The translations under genes were made by a program, and so were the position numbers. Source: a virus (lineage: Duplodnaviria; Caudoviricetes). From it: a stretch of DNA of 64,000 nucleotides. The DNA lies in IMG/VR virus record IMGVR_UViG_3300033171_000001, positions 21,260 through 85,259 of that record. One strand, 5' to 3'. Shown here piece after piece: positions 1 through 8,691 of this stretch (position 1 is the first letter of the stretch; each line of letters starts with the position of its first letter). The notes beneath the pieces were generated by a model that saw only the letters and a list, made by a program, of their open reading frames with translations, did not search any database and was not told the origin of the DNA.

Positions 1-30
1 ACCCGCAAAATGAGTAATCACGCCAAGTCG

Positions 31-150
31 GCCATTATCAGCCGCGCCCTGGCCGGGAAACAGGGCCGGTTTACGCCATTCTCAACGCCATTATCATTGA
101 AAATGAGAACTATTATCAACGGCCCCCCCTGATTTCGATTATCAATATCA
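31..150. repeat. Cluster of ATTATCA-type half-sites, including GCCATT(A/C)TCA x3
   Basis: GCCATTATCA 31-40, GCCATTCTCA 75-84, GCCATTATCA 87-96, TGAGAAC-T-ATTATCA 104-118, ATTATCA 138-144. Confidence 0.6.
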
Positions 151-645
151 CCCCCTCTCGCCAGCTAGTAGGGACATGTCCACACACCGTTCCAATTTTT
201 TTCAAATATTAGGAATCCCTTTGAAGTCTTTCTTTCAATTCATTTCCTATATGTTGAAGTTATTTGGCTTTGGTTTTTTTATTATTATTATTAGGCTCTC
301 TGGTTCCCTGCCTACTACTCTTTGTTATAACCCCAAACACCCACTTCAACACCACCCCTGATATGCCCGAATTTCTCCATATAAGCCTTTCTGGGGCATT
401 TTAAACCGAAATAGGTAGCAGCATCCCATAGAAGGGGTAAAATGGATTCTAGGGTCTTTATTTACTAGTATATACGGCAACCCACACTTTAACCCTTGCT
501 ACCACTGGCTTTGTTTATGTTTGTTTGTTCATTCCGAATTATCTATATACAAATTCCAAATTCTAGAAAGCTGAAAATATCAAACCTCCCAAAACTCCCT
601 ATAGTAAAAATGAATTTTTTATTTTCTATTTTCGTTCAGATTTCC

Positions 646-867
646 TTGTGGCTCTAGGGCTAATTCAGATTTTGATTTAGAATTTGAAAAAAGATTTTAT
701 CATTTTGGTTTGAATTTTTTTGAAAGAAAAAATATTGAAAAGTTAGGAATCCGTTGTGGCAGTAGGGCTAATTCAGATTTTTATCTAATTTCCATTTTTG
801 CCTTTTTCAATTCGCCCATAGTGAAAGTGAATTTCTTGAAATGCGGAAAGTGTTGGGGCTGTAGGGC
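646..867. repeat. Dispersed direct repeat TTG(T/G)GGC-NN-TAGGGC(TAATTCAGATTTT)
   Basis: 28-nt copies at 646-673 and 754-781 (2 mismatches) and a partial copy at 853-867, all in non-coding DNA. Confidence 0.75.
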
Positions 868-902
868 GTATTGGAAATTTGTTGTTTGGGAGTGAAAACC
901 CC

Positions 903-931
903 TTGACAAAGGAGCATTTAAGTGTTATGCT
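903..931 (+). promoter_or_regulatory. Sigma70-type promoter
   Basis: TTGACA(903-908)-17 nt-TATGCT(926-931), upstream of the SD and ATG at 978. Confidence 0.75.
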
Positions 932-977
932 TCTTGTCTGATGGGGATATTTGAATTAACTTGAATAGGAGATAGGA

Positions 978-1535
978 ATGAAGATTCTTGTTGCATGTGA
1001 AGAAAGTCAGGCAGTAACCAAAGAATTTAGAAAGCGCGGGCATGAGGTGTATTCTTGTGATATTGAACCATGTAGTGGCGGTCATCCTGAATGGCATATC
1101 CATGGAGATGTTATTCCTTTGCTTGGAAATAATTGGGATATGATAATTGCGTTTCCTCCTTGCACACATTTAGCTGTTAGCGGAGCCAGGTGGGTTCCTG
1201 AAAAAAGAGCAGATGGAAGGCAACAGGGGGCCATCGAGTTTTTCATGCAAATAGCGAACTGTGCGTGTGAGAAGATTGCCATCGAAAATCCAATAGGAAT
1301 AATGTCAACGGAATGGCGCAAACCGGATCAGATTATTCAGCCTTGGCAATTTGGACATGGGGAGACAAAAGCAACGTGTCTGTGGCTGAAAGGCTTACCT
1401 AAACTTGTGCCGACAGATATTGTTTCTGGAAGAGAAGCGCGAATACACAAAATGCCCCCTTCTGCGGATAGGGCAAAGTTGAGGTCAAAAACATTTCCAG
1501 GAATTGCTGCGGCTATGGCAGAACAATGGGGCTAA
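978..1535 (+). CDS. Short DNA cytosine-5 methyltransferase (phage type)
   Basis: N-terminal SAM-binding strand (ILVACEES), catalytic FPPC, ENP motif; SD GGAG upstream. Confidence 0.8.
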   Translation: MKILVACEESQAVTKEFRKRGHEVYSCDIEPCSGGHPEWHIHGDVIPLLGNNWDMIIAFPPCTHLAVSGARWVPEKRADGRQQGAIEFFMQIANCACEKIAIENPIGIMSTEWRKPDQIIQPWQFGHGETKATCLWLKGLPKLVPTDIVSGREARIHKMPPSADRAKLRSKTFPGIAAAMAEQWG

Positions 1536-1555
1536 AACAGAAAGGAGAATTTGAA

Positions 1556-1660
1556 ATGTTAAATAGAATCAAGAAATTTGTTGTGGAGAAGGGAATTGAC
1601 ATGACGATTGTTTCTTTCATTTTGTTTTTGTTTTTGATTGCTGTTATTGACCTGATGTGA
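1556..1660 (+). CDS. Small membrane peptide (34 aa), below the ORF-track cutoff
   Basis: AGGAG SD, then MLNRIKKFVVEKGIDMTIVSFILFLFLIAVIDLM with a hydrophobic C-terminus. Confidence 0.5.
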   Translation: MLNRIKKFVVEKGIDMTIVSFILFLFLIAVIDLM

Positions 1661-1721
1661 GGGGGGCTATAATTCAAAATGAAAACCAAGTATAGCATAA
1701 ATATAGCAAAGGTAGATTGAG

Positions 1722-2459
1722 ATGAACCTATTCGTGGCAAGTGATTGGCATTGTGAATTTGGAATGGACATTGAAACGCTGATTCCAAAAGATGATAATG
1801 CCTATGATGTTTTTGTGATGGCAGGAGACTTCACCACCTTTGCACACATGGAAGCCGACGTTTCAGAATTGTGCAGTCTGGTGAGCAAACCCATATTATA
1901 TGTTCCCGGAAACCATGAGTTCTACGGAAGCTCGATTGAAAAGACAGAGAAACTTCTTGAATCTCTTGAATCAAAATATAAACACCTTCATGTGCTAAAC
2001 AGAAAAACCATTCGCATTGATGAAATTGATTTTGCCGGATGCGTTGGTTGGATGGACATGAGCTTTGGTGGCTGGTTTCATCAGGTGCAGATCAGCGACT
2101 TCAAGCAAATTGAAAATTGGACCATTGAGAACTGCATTGCACACGGACTTGTGGACAGGCAGTTTCTCATGGGACTCAATGAACACAAAACAAACGTCAT
2201 CATCACACATAATGGATGCACGGAAAAATCAATGGCAAGAAAATATGCGTCCTCTCCTTTGAACTCCTATTTCATCAATGATTATAGAAATATCATTGAG
2301 AGATGTAAACCAAAGACATGGATTCATGGACATACACATACGGCATTTGAATATCAGGTTGGCCGGAACACGCACGTTCATTGCAACCCCCTTGGATATG
2401 TGACCATGGGAGAAGAAAGTGGATATGACAAAAACAAAATAGTGGGAGTGTATAAATAG
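1722..2459 (+). CDS. Calcineurin-like metallophosphoesterase
   Basis: SDWH, AGDF, PGNHE, THN and HGHTH motifs. Confidence 0.85.
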   Translation: MNLFVASDWHCEFGMDIETLIPKDDNAYDVFVMAGDFTTFAHMEADVSELCSLVSKPILYVPGNHEFYGSSIEKTEKLLESLESKYKHLHVLNRKTIRIDEIDFAGCVGWMDMSFGGWFHQVQISDFKQIENWTIENCIAHGLVDRQFLMGLNEHKTNVIITHNGCTEKSMARKYASSPLNSYFINDYRNIIERCKPKTWIHGHTHTAFEYQVGRNTHVHCNPLGYVTMGEESGYDKNKIVGVYK

Positions 2460-3412
2460 TGATGACTTTTCCAAAAGAAGGGATTAATGTTCTAAGTTTG
2501 TTTGATGGAATCAGTTGTGGTCAGGTGGCACTGGAACGAGCCGGAATCAAGGTGAATAAATACTTTGCCAGTGAAGTAGATAAACACGCCATAAAGGTTA
2601 CGTATAAAAATTATCCTGACACGATTCAATTAGGAGATGTTAGAGAAATACAAGGAAAAGATTTGCCAAAGATTGATTTATTGATAGGCGGTTCTCCCTG
2701 TCAAGGATTCTCTTTTGCTGGAAAGCAGTTGAATTTTGACGATCCCCGAAGTCAGTTGTTTTTTGAATATGTCCGATTGAAAGAAGAATGTTGCCCTCGA
2801 TGGTTCCTTCTTGAAAATGTTAACATGAAAAAGGAATGGTTGAAGGTAATAGATGAAAAATTAGGCGTTGTTGGAATTAAAATAAATAGTGCATTGGTAT
2901 CTGCTCAAAATCGAGTTCGCTGGTATTGGTCAAATATTGATTTTGATATACCAGAAGACAAAGGAATACTCTTGAAAGATATAATCGGAAAATATGATGG
3001 CGTATATGTTGTACCAAGAGGAACTAATAAAGGAGGCATTAAGGAATATAAAGGCAAATCCCCTTGTATAACCACTTCTGCTTGGCAACATAATTTTTTT
3101 ATAGTAAATACTGATGACGAATATGTGGATAGGGATAAATCGCACTGTATAGACGCTTCATATTTTAAAGGTGGTAATCTTAATCAATATTTCAATAAGT
3201 CGCGTAGACAATTGGTCTTTGATAAATATGGATGTTCTTTTAGAAAATTTTATGTTAAAGAGTGTGAAGCTCTGCAAACCTTACCTATTGGATACACAGA
3301 AGGTATTTCAGATTCACAGGCGTACAAGGCAATAGGAAACGGATGGACGGTAGATGTTGTTGCTCATATTTTTTCAAAACTAAAGGAAAAGTTAAATGCT
3401 AAAATGGATTGA
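2459..3412 (+). CDS. DNA cytosine-5 methyltransferase
   Basis: SLFDG (motif I), GGSPCQGFS (IV), ENV (VI), QNR (VIII), YKAIGNGW (X). Confidence 0.92.
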   Translation: MMTFPKEGINVLSLFDGISCGQVALERAGIKVNKYFASEVDKHAIKVTYKNYPDTIQLGDVREIQGKDLPKIDLLIGGSPCQGFSFAGKQLNFDDPRSQLFFEYVRLKEECCPRWFLLENVNMKKEWLKVIDEKLGVVGIKINSALVSAQNRVRWYWSNIDFDIPEDKGILLKDIIGKYDGVYVVPRGTNKGGIKEYKGKSPCITTSAWQHNFFIVNTDDEYVDRDKSHCIDASYFKGGNLNQYFNKSRRQLVFDKYGCSFRKFYVKECEALQTLPIGYTEGISDSQAYKAIGNGWTVDVVAHIFSKLKEKLNAKMD

Positions 3413-3617
3413 TGTAGAAGAAGAAAAACCCATTCATTCAGGTGAGTTGATTCTAGGCAAGGGTAGCATATCCAACTCCCTTGTGATGTGCTATTATAGA
3501 GAAACGGTGGATGTGTTTGTGAACGCCTTTGATAAAACACAAATGCTGTCTGTTAAAAAATATGTCTATATGAAAGATGTGTTTGATGAACTAAATGGGA
3601 ATGAGAAGGGAGAATAA
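3396..3617 (+). CDS. Hypothetical protein
   Basis: ORF overlapping the upstream gene end; WIDVEE-type N-terminus common in small phage ORFs. Confidence 0.6.
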   Translation: MLKWIDVEEEKPIHSGELILGKGSISNSLVMCYYRETVDVFVNAFDKTQMLSVKKYVYMKDVFDELNGNEKGE

Positions 3618-3971
3618 GCATGAAAATCTATTTACTGAATGGAGAAACTGGAACATATTCAGATAGAATGGAATGGAATTGTTGTGCATATAATAATAAA
3701 GAGGAAGCAGAAAAAATTCAAAAAGAGTTGACTGCCTTTGAAGATTGGCGGTGGCAGCGTAATCCTAATTGGAAACCATATACGGATGCGCCAAAATATC
3801 CAAATCGTGAAATAGATAAAATTCCTAAAGGAAAGCAGCATTTATCAAAGTATTATTTCGACGGTAAATTTTATACACGCGACAAATGTTATTTTGATGT
3901 TGTGGAAATAGAATTATATTAGTATTAAATATGTGTTTGATGAACTAAATGGGAATGAGAAGGAAGAATAA
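3577..3971. repeat. 41-bp direct repeat (33 bp perfect) flanking ORF 3620-3922
   Basis: ATGTGTTTGATGAACTAAATGGGAATGAGAAGG at 3577-3609 and 3931-3963, each followed by N-AGAATAA. Confidence 0.9.
3620..3922 (+). CDS. Hypothetical protein
   Basis: ORF with SD, bracketed by the direct repeat. Confidence 0.6.
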   Translation: MKIYLLNGETGTYSDRMEWNCCAYNNKEEAEKIQKELTAFEDWRWQRNPNWKPYTDAPKYPNREIDKIPKGKQHLSKYYFDGKFYTRDKCYFDVVEIELY

Positions 3972-3973
3972 AT

Positions 3974-4696
3974 ATGTGGATGCGATTGGAACACGGTGAT
4001 TGCTTGGAGAAGATGAAGGATATTGAAAGCGGCAGTATAGATATGGTTCTCGCTGATCCTCCCTATGGAACAACTGCATGTAAATGGGATACCTGTATTC
4101 CTTTTGGGCCGATGTGGAAAGAATTAAAACGGATAACAAGGAGAAATACCGCCATTGCTTTATTTGGAACAGAACCTTTTAGCAGTTTATTAAGAGTCTC
4201 AAATATAACTGAATATAAATATGATTGGATATGGGAGAAGTCTAAAGCCACTAATTTTTTAAATTCTAAAAAACAACCACTTAGAGCCAAGGAAAATATT
4301 TCTATTTTTTATATAAAACAACCCACATATAATCCACAAAAAACGGCAGGAAATTCCTACAATAAAGGTGTGCGAAAGCAACAAACAGAAAATGATGTAT
4401 ATGGTAAATACGCACAAGTAGAAGTTAAGTCCACAGGAGAGCGTTTACCTAGGGATGTTTTATATTATAAAACAGCGGAATCTGAAGGGAAGATTTTTCA
4501 TAAGACACAAAAACCTGTATCCCTTATGGAGTATATGATTAAGACCTATACAAATGAGGGGGATACTGTTTTGGATTTCACTATGGGAAGCGGGACAACA
4601 GGAGTAGCCTGTAAAAATCTTAATAGAAACTTTATTGGAATTGAATTAGACAAGGATTATTTTGAAATTGCTAAAAAGAGGATTCAAGAAGCATGA
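3974..4696 (+). CDS. DNA N4-cytosine/N6-adenine methyltransferase (beta class)
   Basis: DPPY catalytic motif, HKTQKP, VLDFTMGSGTTG SAM-binding motif at the C-terminus. Confidence 0.92.
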   Translation: MWMRLEHGDCLEKMKDIESGSIDMVLADPPYGTTACKWDTCIPFGPMWKELKRITRRNTAIALFGTEPFSSLLRVSNITEYKYDWIWEKSKATNFLNSKKQPLRAKENISIFYIKQPTYNPQKTAGNSYNKGVRKQQTENDVYGKYAQVEVKSTGERLPRDVLYYKTAESEGKIFHKTQKPVSLMEYMIKTYTNEGDTVLDFTMGSGTTGVACKNLNRNFIGIELDKDYFEIAKKRIQEA

Positions 4697-4977
4697 AGAA
4701 AGATATAAAACAAATAGCCAAAAACTTCTCTGTAACCCTGCCGGATGATTTTGTTGAATCCCAAAATAGTATATTGGATAGCAAAAGAGAACTCCCCTTG
4801 CGGGATGTTCTTAAAAAGATTGCAGACACCATTCCTATTTGGGAATGTATTGAATTGAAAACAATATATATGGAGGGTGGATTAAGAAAAATCAAAACCA
4901 ACACCCGCCTGATTGCCAAAGAACACCATAACAAAGAAACAGATTCCTACCATTGGGAACTTCTTGTTTCTGACTAA
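4693..4977 (+). CDS. Hypothetical protein
   Basis: ORF with ATGA overlap to the upstream gene. Confidence 0.55.
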   Translation: MKKDIKQIAKNFSVTLPDDFVESQNSILDSKRELPLRDVLKKIADTIPIWECIELKTIYMEGGLRKIKTNTRLIAKEHHNKETDSYHWELLVSD

Positions 4978-4983
4978 ATCACA

Positions 4984-5856
4984 ATGAAAGCAGAAAAGTT
5001 AATAGAAAAATACTTCTACCAACAAGAAGAGGATGATACTAATGAAAATCAACCTCAAATATGTTCTGTGAAATGGTGTACCAAAGAGGCGTACCAGAAT
5101 GATTTATGTGAGTCCCATTATAACTACGCTAGAAATGGATTATATTTCAACACAGAACTTCAAGAGAAGAAGTATTTAAAAAAAGCAAAGTCAGGAAACA
5201 AAGGGAAAAAGAACTTCTGCTGCGTCAAGCATTGTTACAAAAGAACAACCAATCCAAATAACCCATATTGCAGACAACACACAAGACAGTTAAAGAAGTA
5301 TGGTTATATTCTTCATCTAGGAGGCAGAAAGCCCTTTGTCACCAAACACACATTCTTTGTTAAATTACATTTTTATTCATTTCAAACAGCAAGTTGGAAC
5401 TACATAGCCGTTGACAAGAAGGATATTTATAGAGTATCATGTCTTAAATTGTTATTTGTAGAAAGCACTAAGAGTTGTATTGTTGTAAATAATGATGGAA
5501 CATATACCAATCTTAAACAATACATATATGGTGACGGAAAGAGTCTACCAATTATTCAGGCAAACGGAGATTGGCATGACTTCACAAGAAAGAATCTTAT
5601 TCAGGTAAGCACAACTGAATATAAATTGTTTAATAAGAAAATAGGAAAATCCGGTATAAAGTGTATATTCCGAAATCCCTACACACAAAGATGGTATTTC
5701 TATTTACGATTAAAAGAGTCAGATATAAGAATATTTGAGAAGTTCAGAACAAAAAGAGAAGCAAAGAGATTCAGGGATAGAATTTTCATAACCCTATTCG
5801 GAAATAAATTTTTAAATCTAATAAGAAAGCAGGAACGAGAATATGGAAGAAATTGA
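4984..5856 (+). CDS. Zinc-finger / degenerate HNH / AP2-like DNA-binding protein
   Basis: Two C-x4-C...C-x2-H modules, IIQANGDWHDFTRKNL resembling HNH (HxNG..DN...NL), then an SG...W...F.T..EA AP2-like tail. Confidence 0.5.
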   Translation: MKAEKLIEKYFYQQEEDDTNENQPQICSVKWCTKEAYQNDLCESHYNYARNGLYFNTELQEKKYLKKAKSGNKGKKNFCCVKHCYKRTTNPNNPYCRQHTRQLKKYGYILHLGGRKPFVTKHTFFVKLHFYSFQTASWNYIAVDKKDIYRVSCLKLLFVESTKSCIVVNNDGTYTNLKQYIYGDGKSLPIIQANGDWHDFTRKNLIQVSTTEYKLFNKKIGKSGIKCIFRNPYTQRWYFYLRLKESDIRIFEKFRTKREAKRFRDRIFITLFGNKFLNLIRKQEREYGRN

Positions 5857-6031
5857 GAAACCAGTCTGCGTGTGGTATAAGCGTCCTATTATTTTAGTAT
5901 TATATATTGTATTATTTATCTGGTCCTGCTTTAGTTATTTTTATGAAACGGTAAGTATGCTTTTATTTGGGGATCTGTCTTTGCTTTCGGATTGTGTTGA
6001 ATATGTAGATGAGGATGATCAGGATGAGTGA
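5843..6031 (+). CDS. Small membrane protein
   Basis: Hydrophobic stretch IILVLYIVLFIWSCF; overlaps both neighbours. Confidence 0.5.
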   Translation: MEEIEKPVCVWYKRPIILVLYIVLFIWSCFSYFYETVSMLLFGDLSLLSDCVEYVDEDDQDE

Positions 6032-6527
6032 TTTGGAAACAGAAAATAGAATGGTCCCTAAGCTGAAAACAACCGATTTACAAAATAATGATCTCGGTAT
6101 TCTGTTTTGGGATGCAACACATAAATGTTTGGAAACCTGTCCAATTTATGGAGATTGCCCCTATGCAGGTATTTCCATGAAGTGCGATTTATGCTATCGT
6201 TTTCTAAATGAGGTAAAAAATGCAACAGTTGCTTCATTGGAAAAGAACAGGGCAAAGGAATATCAAAAGCACCTTCTAGGCACAGGAGTATTTGCTCTCT
6301 GGACACAGTGGCTTCAGTTGGAAATCATTCGCATATCTCTTGAGAATCCTGTTTATACAACACCAAAAGGCGAACCAAAGATTCACCCTGTATATAAGGC
6401 GCAGCGAGAAGTGTTTAGTTCCTTGAAGAATATGTATGAATCAGTGTTTGGAAAAGAAGCCGCACCTAATATTCTCGATGAAATGACAAGTGTAGATAGT
6501 TTGGCAGAAGCATTAAGAGAAGAATAA
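6024..6527 (+). CDS. Putative terminase small subunit
   Basis: Lies upstream of TerL; TPKGEPKIHPVYKAQRE resembles the P27-type TerS HP motif. Confidence 0.5.
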   Translation: MSDLETENRMVPKLKTTDLQNNDLGILFWDATHKCLETCPIYGDCPYAGISMKCDLCYRFLNEVKNATVASLEKNRAKEYQKHLLGTGVFALWTQWLQLEIIRISLENPVYTTPKGEPKIHPVYKAQREVFSSLKNMYESVFGKEAAPNILDEMTSVDSLAEALREE

Positions 6528-6547
6528 TTTAACGTGAGGAAAAAGAA

Positions 6548-6742
6548 ATGAGTAGGCGAGTGGAAATGTCAGAACTCACAGAAATCTATATGGACAAACT
6601 AGGCGAGAGTTTGTTGTCTGATGGGTTTCCAGATGAGTTGGTATTTGAAGATGAATCCGGCGAAGTTGTGAGATATGTATTGGATGATGAAGGATATGGT
6701 TCTTACGGGGGATTGAATTTTGAAGAAACAGATGACTTCTAA
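6548..6742 (+). CDS. Acidic hypothetical protein
   Basis: ORF with AGG SD between TerS and TerL. Confidence 0.5.
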   Translation: MSRRVEMSELTEIYMDKLGESLLSDGFPDELVFEDESGEVVRYVLDDEGYGSYGGLNFEETDDF

Positions 6743-8690
6743 AGAATATGTTGAACAAAGAGAAAAAATAATTTCGCAATTTGAACGAAATGAAATAAAA
6801 GAAGACATATACCACAGAAAACTTCAGGCACTATACGCCAAGCGAATCCCGCTATATAGAAAGGGCGGGGATGGGTTTGTGCTGTGGGCAGAGGAGAATA
6901 TTAAAGTGAACGCTTTTATTCCTGGAACATCCGTACAACGCCCCACCTACCTCGCAGATTTATCCAGAGAACCGGAACCTTCCACCGGAAAATCATGGTG
7001 GAGCTTCTGGTGTTGGCAGAAAGAGATATGCAGGGAAGCCTTAGTATTGGGGGATGACAACAGACTAAAGCATAACCTTGTTATATTTTGCACGGAGCGT
7101 GGTGAAGGTAAATCTTTCATGGCGGTTATGATCTTATTATGGAAGTTCACCGTATTTGCTAACCAAAGAATATTTCTTGCGGCAAACTCTAAAGAACAGT
7201 CGGGGTTTGCGCATCGGGAGGAAATGGATAAGATCATAAGAATTAGTCCAGTTATTCTTGCCCTGCTTGGGGGAGAAAAAAACATACTGTCTAAAGAATT
7301 AGCAATTTATGATAGTAAGGGCCTTAAAATTTCGTTCATTACTACCGTTTCTACATTTACAGGTGTACTTTCCAATGCGACGGGGTTTTCCTTCTCTGAA
7401 TTTTTCCAAGCAAAGCCGGATGCTCCGTTTTTTAACCAAATTTATTCATCCATGCGCAACATGCCTAATGCGCTTGGGGTTATTGATTCCACTGTTTCAA
7501 CAAGGGATCACAAATTATTTAAATTATATCAGCAAGTTCAAGAAGGGGTTAAAGGAAGTGAAAGCTGGTTCTTTTATTACAAGTGCAACCCCACCGCTGA
7601 TGTAAACCTGTATAAATCTCCCGCGAACACCCAAAAACAACTGGATGCTTTCCAGGCGTCAACAGCGGCCAACCCAGTTGAATTTTCAATGTTCTTTAAG
7701 AATACCTGGGAGTCGGCCCAAGCGGGGCTATTTTCAGATATTGACATAGAGGCTACACATTATATTGGTGCAGACGGTAAAATAGGTAATCACGAACAAG
7801 TTATAAATAGATTAGAAATACTCAATAAGCATAAGAAAGATGAACAATATGTTGCGGATAAGGGGTTAAAGTTAAAGCAACGGCCCGAATTACAAGAATT
7901 TGACAAAAAGAGTTTAAATTCTTTTGATAAGTACGTCCCACAGTTAAATGAAGAGGAATTTACTATATCTGCGGAGGTTCTATCTAATTTATCTGATTTA
8001 TTTGATACTGACTGGACAATTGGCGTTGGATTGGATAGAAGTGATCCTTTAGCTATGGCAAGTCGCTCTTCTGCCCAAACAGTCCTTACTTGCGTTGCTA
8101 AGGGTTTACCAGGAAGTAGGAGCAATCCATATTTATATTTAGATACCGGGAATGGAGAACTCTCTTCTCCTGAATACCTACATATTCAATGTGGATTGTA
8201 TATTGCAAAAAGGTCTACTTCTGATGAGCTTCAACAGGTTATTGGGGATTGGCATGATGAGTTTAACGGGGTGGAATCTTTTGCATCAGATAGGTATGGT
8301 GTAAGTGATGTAGTTGGGTGGCTTGTTGCAGAGGGTATTGTTGATAAACCGGAAGTAGTACAATTCTCTACCCAAAAGCAACGAGAGGTTTTCGCTATGT
8401 TGTATAATGTTATTCACTATGGTAGATTTAAAAAACCCAGGATATATATACCGGGGGCTAAAGAAGTAGATATAGTGGTTGAACAATTGAAGGAGTTTAG
8501 TGTCTCATATAATGGTAGGACTGTTAAATACGGCTCGCCGCAGAAAAGCCGACTCAATGGCGTTCAGGACGATGCTGTAGATGCTTTGGCGATGTGTATT
8601 TATGGAATGAGACATTTAGGCATGGACCAATTCAAGGCTATAAAAGTTAAAGATTTCTTTGGGACCTACATTTCACCGAGCAGGTATTAA
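6732..8690 (+). CDS. terL: Terminase large subunit
   Basis: Walker A RGEGKS, AANSKEQS, C-terminal RNase H-like acidic residues (GLDRSD, DRYG, DDAVDALAM); upstream of the portal. Confidence 0.85.
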   Translation: MTSKEYVEQREKIISQFERNEIKEDIYHRKLQALYAKRIPLYRKGGDGFVLWAEENIKVNAFIPGTSVQRPTYLADLSREPEPSTGKSWWSFWCWQKEICREALVLGDDNRLKHNLVIFCTERGEGKSFMAVMILLWKFTVFANQRIFLAANSKEQSGFAHREEMDKIIRISPVILALLGGEKNILSKELAIYDSKGLKISFITTVSTFTGVLSNATGFSFSEFFQAKPDAPFFNQIYSSMRNMPNALGVIDSTVSTRDHKLFKLYQQVQEGVKGSESWFFYYKCNPTADVNLYKSPANTQKQLDAFQASTAANPVEFSMFFKNTWESAQAGLFSDIDIEATHYIGADGKIGNHEQVINRLEILNKHKKDEQYVADKGLKLKQRPELQEFDKKSLNSFDKYVPQLNEEEFTISAEVLSNLSDLFDTDWTIGVGLDRSDPLAMASRSSAQTVLTCVAKGLPGSRSNPYLYLDTGNGELSSPEYLHIQCGLYIAKRSTSDELQQVIGDWHDEFNGVESFASDRYGVSDVVGWLVAEGIVDKPEVVQFSTQKQREVFAMLYNVIHYGRFKKPRIYIPGAKEVDIVVEQLKEFSVSYNGRTVKYGSPQKSRLNGVQDDAVDALAMCIYGMRHLGMDQFKAIKVKDFFGTYISPSRY

Positions 8691-8691
8691 T

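Noticed and set aside
176-895. ORFs 176-361 and 710-895
   Set aside because: They have low-complexity F/I/K-rich translations and no SD, and they overlap the repeat region upstream of the first promoter.
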